Positions 57,761-64,000 of a stretch of 64,000 nt of DNA are shown here, one piece after another. The stretch comes from Amoebophrya sp. A120. Its lineage: Eukaryota > Protista > Dinoflagellata. Where the stretch lies: positions 7,799,650 to 7,863,649 of the forward strand of contig CAJINV010000002.1 of the NCBI GenBank assembly GCA_905178155.1, written 5' to 3'. A program made the translations under genes and the position numbers. How positions within the stretch are numbered: the first letter of the stretch is position 1; every line of letters starts with the position of its first letter. The notes under the pieces are model-generated. The model ran no database searches, was not told the DNA's origin, and saw only the letters and a list, made by a program, of their open reading frames with translations.

Positions 57761-60619
57761 TCAAGCGATTTGCACTACTTCGTAGCACAGTGGGTGTGGA
57801 CAAACGATCCGGCGCAAGGTACAACCAGCGGTAGATGAAGAATTCACTTTACCGTCCTGATTTCTACTTGTCCGGTCATTTTCTGTTCTCCACCACGGCA
57901 ACAAGTTTTTCGGGACGCCGCGGATAACGAAATGCCGCTCTACACAGACGTTGCAGAAACTGTGCTTTTGCGCACAAGAAAACTTGAGCTTGACACCGCG
58001 ACCCTGTTTACTCGAACTAAATCCGGGAGGCGAAGTGGATGATGGTGTTACTGCTCCTGAAGATGTTGTTTTACTGCCTTTGCCACGGTTTATTTCGGCA
58101 AGAAATTTTGCCTCTTTCCTACTGTAGCTGTGCTTCTCGCTGGTTCTTTCAGCATCTTCTTTGATGTTCTTGTCGTTTCCACCGGTTTTAGCACCGCGCG
58201 AAAGTCCTCCTCCTGCTGCCGTCGCGCTGCAGTCGCACCTCTTCCACTCCTTTTCCTCCGGTTCGTCGGAATCCAGTAGTGCGTTTTTCAGCGCTGGCAC
58301 AGCAAAACCAAACGGAAAGACCGGATCCTGGAGAAGGAACGAACCGTAGTACCGCATGGGCAGGGTGAGGCTGCTGCTGGTCAGCCGGTTCTTCACGAAT
58401 TCGGAGACGTGCCAGCAGGTCCAGGCGGGTAAGGAAAACCCCCGTTTTCCCAAAAGCATCCGCGCGTAGTTGCTAGACGTCTGGCCGCCGATGTGGCTCA
58501 CATACAGCTGTTTCAGCCCGCTCGCACTGCTCGCGGCTTTATTTTCGGACGCGGCTGCACACGGTGTAACGGCCGTGGAGCTACTACTTGCGGCGCTTTT
58601 CGAAGCACCCAGCTGCCCGATCTCCTCTTTTTCACCTGCAGCCATATTTCCCTCCTGCTTGCCTCTTGCTCTTGATGTGTGATCGTTGTCCGCCTGCTTT
58701 TTCACGCCGAGAAACTCGTCAATCGAGATCGCCTGCAACGACACGAGGCCGGATTCCTGATACCACGACTCCGTGTCGTAGGTGAAGGTGGCGATTTTAT
58801 CCGGTCCGATGCAGATCCCGTGCCGCTCGGGCAAACAGGGCAGCCAGGTTTTGTCGTACACAAAGTGCGACAGGGTGGAGAACTGGAACAGATTTGACAG
58901 ACTGTCAACCTTCAGACGAGTCGTGTACACGTGGTCCCCGATGTTGGGCTGGTTCTTGCGGACCCGCACAAAATGGTTCTGCAGACAGGATTTCTTTACC
59001 GCACCAGTTTTATTCGATGAAGCTGCTGATGTTGCAGAAGTGCTGCTAGCACCTGGTTTGCTACCAAAAACACCGGCCGGCCCGCTGCCGGCTGCAAGAA
59101 CTTTGTATCGCTTCTTGCACTCCTCGCAATAGTACTCAATTTTTCGAGTTTGCAGCTGGACCGACGCCGAGCCGTTGTTGGCAGGTTGCTGTTTCAACAT
59201 ATTTTGATAATCGGCGACTGGCGGAGGCGGAAGTAAGGGGGTCGCAAGACAACTTCTGGGGCTCCAAGCCGCCGCGATTTGATTGTTCGTGGGCACCATG
59301 TTGTGCTCGAACGCTCCTGGGGAACCTGCGTAAAGAGAAGAAGAGGACGAGGATGTGTCGCAAACAGGTAGGCATACGGGTCCCCGACTCGGGGGGGCAA
59401 ATGGTGGTGCCTCGGCTTTCGTTTTGTTCTGGTTCCGCGCCGTCACCTTCAACATACCGGCCTCCGGACGATCTTCCGGACGAACATTCTGTTCCAGAAG
59501 GGGATGCTGACCTCTGCTTCCGGAGCGCGATGCCACATCGTGACCTTCTGCCTGCAACAGATCTTCCGAAGAAGGGCCTCGATTCGTTGAGCGATCAACA
59601 AACACGATCTTCCCTGACGATTGTCCCCCAGCAGAAACTCCAGACTGTTGACCTGCTATTGGAGATGACACCGAGCTCCGCTCGGGAAGATGATCGCCGT
59701 TGCACTGGTCCTCCGCGTCTTCACTCCATTCCGTCTTGTTATCGACCTCTGAAGTGCGAAAATTCTGCGAGGATTTGCTGGAGCTAGCCCTAGTACCTCC
59801 TTCACCAGGTTCGAAAGCCGCACAAGAGGTAGCAGACGGAGGCCTGCTATTTTTGTTCTGGTGAACTACATGCTGATCAACAGCACCACCAGCGTAGCCG
59901 GTGGAATAAATTCCTACAGTTCTTTCCATTTCCTTGGTTGGGAAATTCTGCTTTGCATCCTCTTTACCCGCCGCGGACTCCTTCGAACTGGAAGAGGAAG
60001 CAGCTCCTGAAGTAGTCCCAGATCGTCCCGCCGACGAACTCGAAGCGGTCAAAGTCGAAGCAAGCAAGCCCGGCTCGCACGTCTCGCCCAGGAAATCCAG
60101 TCCAATCTGCTGCTTCGAGGAGGCAGGTTTGCTTGTGCTGAAGAGAATGCGGTTAGTATTTTCAGGCTCAAACTTTTTGTTTTTGTCCTGTTCGTTCTGC
60201 ACGATCGCATGAAGATCCAGGTTGTCGCCGTCGTCGTGGTCCCATTGTTGTTCCTCTAGGACTTTCTCCTCGATCGGCGCCAGAAACGTGTTGACGATTT
60301 CGGTACTACTCGCGGACGGCCGTTTATGAAGGATTCGCTGGTAGGAAGAGCGACCTCCTGGAAGCGAGTTTTTGGGCTGAACTGGAAGATGCTGCTGATC
60401 GTGCTCCTTTGCCGATATGCTCAACATCTTCGTACTACTGGGACTGGGATCGACATGTTGCTCCACCATAGGCCGCCGGTGCTCTGGTTGGACCAAAACG
60501 ACCATTTTGATTTTGTCAACCCCTAGGGTCGTGACCCTGCGGGATGAGAATGAAAACGCAAATCGAAGCGACCGTTGTACGAAGATCCTACTGAAGCGTC
60601 TGTTTTTAATATTTCTCAC
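57761..60619 (-). CDS. Intronless protein with LRAT-like (permuted NlpC/P60) domain and C-terminal RING-like Cys/His cluster
   Basis: IGDHVY...RHGICIG...ISIDEFLG...ARMLLGKRGFSLPAWTCWHVSEF resembles LRAT (GDHI...HHGIY.G...A...LG...Y.L...NCEHF). C-terminus CDC...CAQKHSFCNVC...CPHPLC. The likely start is Met at 60505. Confidence 0.65.
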   Translation of the reverse strand: MRNIKNRRFSRIFVQRSLRFAFSFSSRRVTTLGVDKIKMVVLVQPEHRRPMVEQHVDPSPSSTKMLSISAKEHDQQHLPVQPKNSLPGGRSSYQRILHKRPSASSTEIVNTFLAPIEEKVLEEQQWDHDDGDNLDLHAIVQNEQDKNKKFEPENTNRILFSTSKPASSKQQIGLDFLGETCEPGLLASTLTASSSSAGRSGTTSGAASSSSSKESAAGKEDAKQNFPTKEMERTVGIYSTGYAGGAVDQHVVHQNKNSRPPSATSCAAFEPGEGGTRASSSKSSQNFRTSEVDNKTEWSEDAEDQCNGDHLPERSSVSSPIAGQQSGVSAGGQSSGKIVFVDRSTNRGPSSEDLLQAEGHDVASRSGSRGQHPLLEQNVRPEDRPEAGMLKVTARNQNKTKAEAPPFAPPSRGPVCLPVCDTSSSSSSLYAGSPGAFEHNMVPTNNQIAAAWSPRSCLATPLLPPPPVADYQNMLKQQPANNGSASVQLQTRKIEYYCEECKKRYKVLAAGSGPAGVFGSKPGASSTSATSAASSNKTGAVKKSCLQNHFVRVRKNQPNIGDHVYTTRLKVDSLSNLFQFSTLSHFVYDKTWLPCLPERHGICIGPDKIATFTYDTESWYQESGLVSLQAISIDEFLGVKKQADNDHTSRARGKQEGNMAAGEKEEIGQLGASKSAASSSSTAVTPCAAASENKAASSASGLKQLYVSHIGGQTSSNYARMLLGKRGFSLPAWTCWHVSEFVKNRLTSSSLTLPMRYYGSFLLQDPVFPFGFAVPALKNALLDSDEPEEKEWKRCDCSATAAGGGLSRGAKTGGNDKNIKEDAERTSEKHSYSRKEAKFLAEINRGKGSKTTSSGAVTPSSTSPPGFSSSKQGRGVKLKFSCAQKHSFCNVCVERHFVIRGVPKNLLPWWRTENDRTSRNQDGKVNSSSTAGCTLRRIVCPHPLCYEVVQIA

Positions 60620-61501
60620 AACAACCTATGAGTATGAACCAGCGCAAGTACTCAGCAGTAGCCAACCCATAGGCGTGGTAGACGACACTGATTTTCTTAA
60701 AAGCGCCCCGGTCATACTTCTAACAAGCACCAAACGACAGCAAAAGACCACGACGCCAGACGATTGTTAAAGCAGATGCTTGTGCTGTAGACCATTACGA
60801 TTCGCAACTCTTCTCGATTCAAGATGTTCCTTGGACGACGAAATTGACGACGCGCGCCAAATCAAAAATTTTTGCGAATCGAGCGTCCGAATTCGAAAGG
60901 AAAACATTACTATTTTACGACAACGATAGCGATACCAGTGACATCTGCATCAGCATCTGCACTGCTTCATCATGACGCTTAAATAAGTAAGTACATGGGC
61001 TGCAATAATATACACGTCTGCAAGAACAGTAGCCGGTTGTACTGGCTTTGTTCCCATCGAAAGTGCTGGCGAGGCCGGCTCCAGCACGTGAATCGTATGC
61101 AATCCAAAATCAGAATGTAAATGATTTTTCAGATGAAAATAATTTGTGTTTCGCAAAAACGTTTTTGTTCTCAAAGACGTAGAGAAAAAGCTATTTTAAG
61201 TTTTGCAAACAGAAACTACATTGATTTTTTTCCAAAAGAATCTATCTATGTCCAGACCACCACCAAAAAAGTGGCGTGGACCAAGGCAAAATTCGAAAAT
61301 GTCCAAAAGTGTTGCACTTCCACTACTCTCCGCAGGTTTACCAGGAAAATCATCGGAACTCTGAGCAAACCGAAGCCGAAGGAGCGACGAATTCATTAGA
61401 GTATCCCTTGAGACGAGTTGCAAGGTCTTCTTCTTCAATACTATATGCATATGGCATGATCATACAAAGTGAGTAACATGCACTGACTCACATCGACACT
61501 C

Positions 61502-64000
61502 CTACCACCCTCCGCATCCCTGGATCCAATTGTAGGAATTCTGTTTCCCCGTCGGGTCGTAGATCAGTGTAATACGCATGTTCTCCCCAAAATCCTTCGC
61601 GACGTAGTCCCCCAGCGCCCGACGGTCGTCCATACGTTTTCCCACGTAGATCAGCGTGAGCTGCGACTGGCCCGGGCGTACCAACGCCTGCGTCCGCGGG
61701 TCCTGTTCCGGCAGACCGAGCATGAAGGCGGCGACTCTCGTTTTCATTTCCAGCACGGTGGTTGCTTTACCAACATTTTCCATGGTGAAGTAGTTTTTTG
61801 GAGCCTGCTCGCCCGGCACGCGAAATTGCAGGTTTTTGCTGCACGAATGAATGATGACGCGGGAGAAGGTGGAGGGCGCAGGACTCAAAGAGGGAAAACT
61901 GTCGAAAAGTTGCGCGAGACTATTTTTGCTACTGGGGATGATGCCGGCACTTGCCGCACCGCCCGCCACCTGCAGCTCCATCTTCTGCTTCAGCCGCGCA
62001 TAATATTCTGGATTCAGTTCTTGGAATATCAGCTGTAAAAATGTCTGGGTCTGGAAGGTCACAACTTGTGATGCTGTCTCTGGATTCTGAAAGAAATTTG
62101 TATTGCATGACCTTCTTTACCCCTCAACCACTGACCAGCAAGAGGACTCCAGTTTGTGCTACGCGGAGAGGGCATTTCTCGTGCGGTAGAGGTATCACAG
62201 AGCCCTTTAAAAATCTGTGATGCTGCGGCATGTATTACAGACATCATGGCTCATGAAAAATATGCATGACAAATCTAGAAATTTTCCAGACCCAGACATT
62301 TTTACAGTTGATATGGAATCCAAATCGCACGACGTCCGGCTCCGCGATCGCAGGAGGCAACGGGTTGTGCTGCTGGTGCATACCGCCTACTGTACCGCTT
62401 TCCGGTGTTGAACGCATGGTGACTCCCGGCGGAGTTCCGGCTGGAAAAGAACCGCTAAGTTTGTCGGCTCCAAGGGAGTCCGATTTCATAATCGCCTCCT
62501 GCCATGGCATTTGCCTGCTCCGGGGGAGTAGCGTGCGCTGCAGAGCCGCGTTGTGAGGATGAAACCTAGTCATGCCAACATCTTCAGGAGAGCGCACGAC
62601 CTCCATCACGGTCGCAGGCCCATCGCCCGCCTGACCAAAATTGCACGGTGGTCCTGCGCTGTTCTGCATACACAGCCCCAGCATCCTTAATAGCTTCATC
62701 TTGTTTTTCCTCCTTCGTGGTGTGTTGAGTTCCTTTCCCCTACGACTTTTTTCTGTTGGTGCGAGAATCTTCCAATCAAGTTGTACTATCGGAGACGTCA
62801 TCGCGTTTCCTCTCGTGGTTTTTGATATGCGTGTTTCTTTTCTGTGGATCCAAAGAAGAACCACTGCCCTCTGCTTATCGCATTGTCAAAATTATAGACC
62901 CCACGAACAAAAAAGCGCTTTGCCATCCCTCGGCATCTACAACCATGCGGGCCGGTGGCCTTGTTGTGTTTCTGTGTGAAGTTTCGTGCTAAAGCCGACG
63001 AAAGCGAGACGGTATCAAGCATGAAAAATTGCATGCAGCTCCAATTTGATTTCATCGTCGACTTCGGCCAGCAAAAATGAGGGATATTCTCGAGAGTCAA
63101 ACTGTTCGCAAACTGAAGAAAACGAATAACTACAAAGATAAAACCTTCAACGAAGTCTTTTTTACAAAACTAGTTCCTCTTTTGGCGTCAAAGACAGAAG
63201 ACCACAAGGACTCGAAAAAAAATATGGTAGAGCATAGCGAAAGCGATTCATCACACACTTCTGCCACCTCCCAGTAACAAACTTTCTTCGTGAGGTACCA
63301 CCAGGAAGTAAAACAACAACATGTCGTGACGTTGTTTGGAGCTTGATAAAATGCAATAGAAGTGGAAATCATAAAATTGGAAATTTGTTTATATGTAGAA
63401 AGAAAGAAGTGTGATTATCAGTACTGTATTCTTGAAAGTGCTCGAACAAACCCTGAATTCTCGAAGCATGTGCTGCAGAGCTCAGGTGATCTTTGTCTCC
63501 GTACAACTTCGCGAAGACTCTATTCAACAAATTCAAATTTCATCACTATTTAAGTGAATCACAATCAAGAAGAGTCAATAGCTACCTCTGCTCTTTCTGT
63601 TGACTACACACGAAATTCTCTGCCATACGCAGCCGGATGCACGAGCACTACCGGCTCCATATCCTCAGCGGCTTGCGAGGTCAAGTGTATGTGGTTCACC
63701 CAGAGCGGGTGCTCGACGTCGAACCCCAACCCCGAACCGTCTGGATTTAGCGTCGCCCTCTCGAAGTCCAGCCGTCCCTCGCAAAACTGGTCCGGGGAAC
63801 AGCCGTGGTCGGGCGGCACCAGCTCGCACCGCGAGAGCATTTTCCGGACCTTGTCCCCCACGCTGTGCTTCTCCAGCACTTTCACGTCCGCGGTGAAAAG
63901 CGCCTCGGTGGAGTCCTCCAAAAACTCGCCGGGTGGGATGAAGCCCGTAGTTGCTCCTGATACAGTGGGAGGTGGTCCACCTGCTCCCTTCGGGGGTTTC
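61502..64000 (-). CDS. Multi-exon protein with C-terminal ubiquitin-like domain; 5' end outside window
   Basis: TTVLEMKTRVA...QLTLIYVGKRMDDRRALGDY...ITLIY fits the Ubl pattern. GC3-rich upstream exons at 62314 to about 62680 and about 63615-64000. Confidence 0.65.
62027..62313. mobile_element. TIR introner, subfamily B (287 bp), TSD TGGAA
   Basis: 30-bp TIR TATCA(G/A)CTGTAAAAATGTCTGGGTCTGGAA with 1 mismatch. TGGAA at 62022-62026 and 62314-62318. Removal gives VVRFGF-QELNPEYY. Confidence 0.93.

Overview
This is eukaryotic nuclear DNA, most consistent with a syndinian dinoflagellate such as Amoebophrya (inferred from gene organisation and intron type, not from a database search). Every supportable gene (about 10) is on the minus strand. 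In order they are: a partial membrane protein, two tandem GH3 glycosidases, a 13-exon coiled-coil protein with repeated SH3-like 'GWVT' motifs, a low-complexity protein, an FG-nucleoporin (Nup42/NUPL2-like), a WSC/Cys-rich type-I surface protein, glycine decarboxylase P-protein, an LRAT-like plus RING-like protein, and a partial protein with a C-terminal ubiquitin-like domain. The main signal is about 13 short (220-400 bp) elements with terminal inverted repeats (TIRs) that interrupt coding sequence. Most have TAT...ATA termini and a 5-bp target-site duplication (TSD). Removing the element plus one TSD copy restores the reading frame exactly, yet the checked junctions offer no GT-AG or GC-AG register, so they behave as non-canonical 'introner' introns. 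The window appears to show a life cycle: young near-identical copies, TIR-variant families sharing an internal GCAT(C/G)ACA motif, decayed copies, and copies where flanking Gs turn TAT...ATA into canonical GTAT...ATAG introns with a net gain of one codon. All splicing was reconstructed by eye and needs RNA-seq confirmation.
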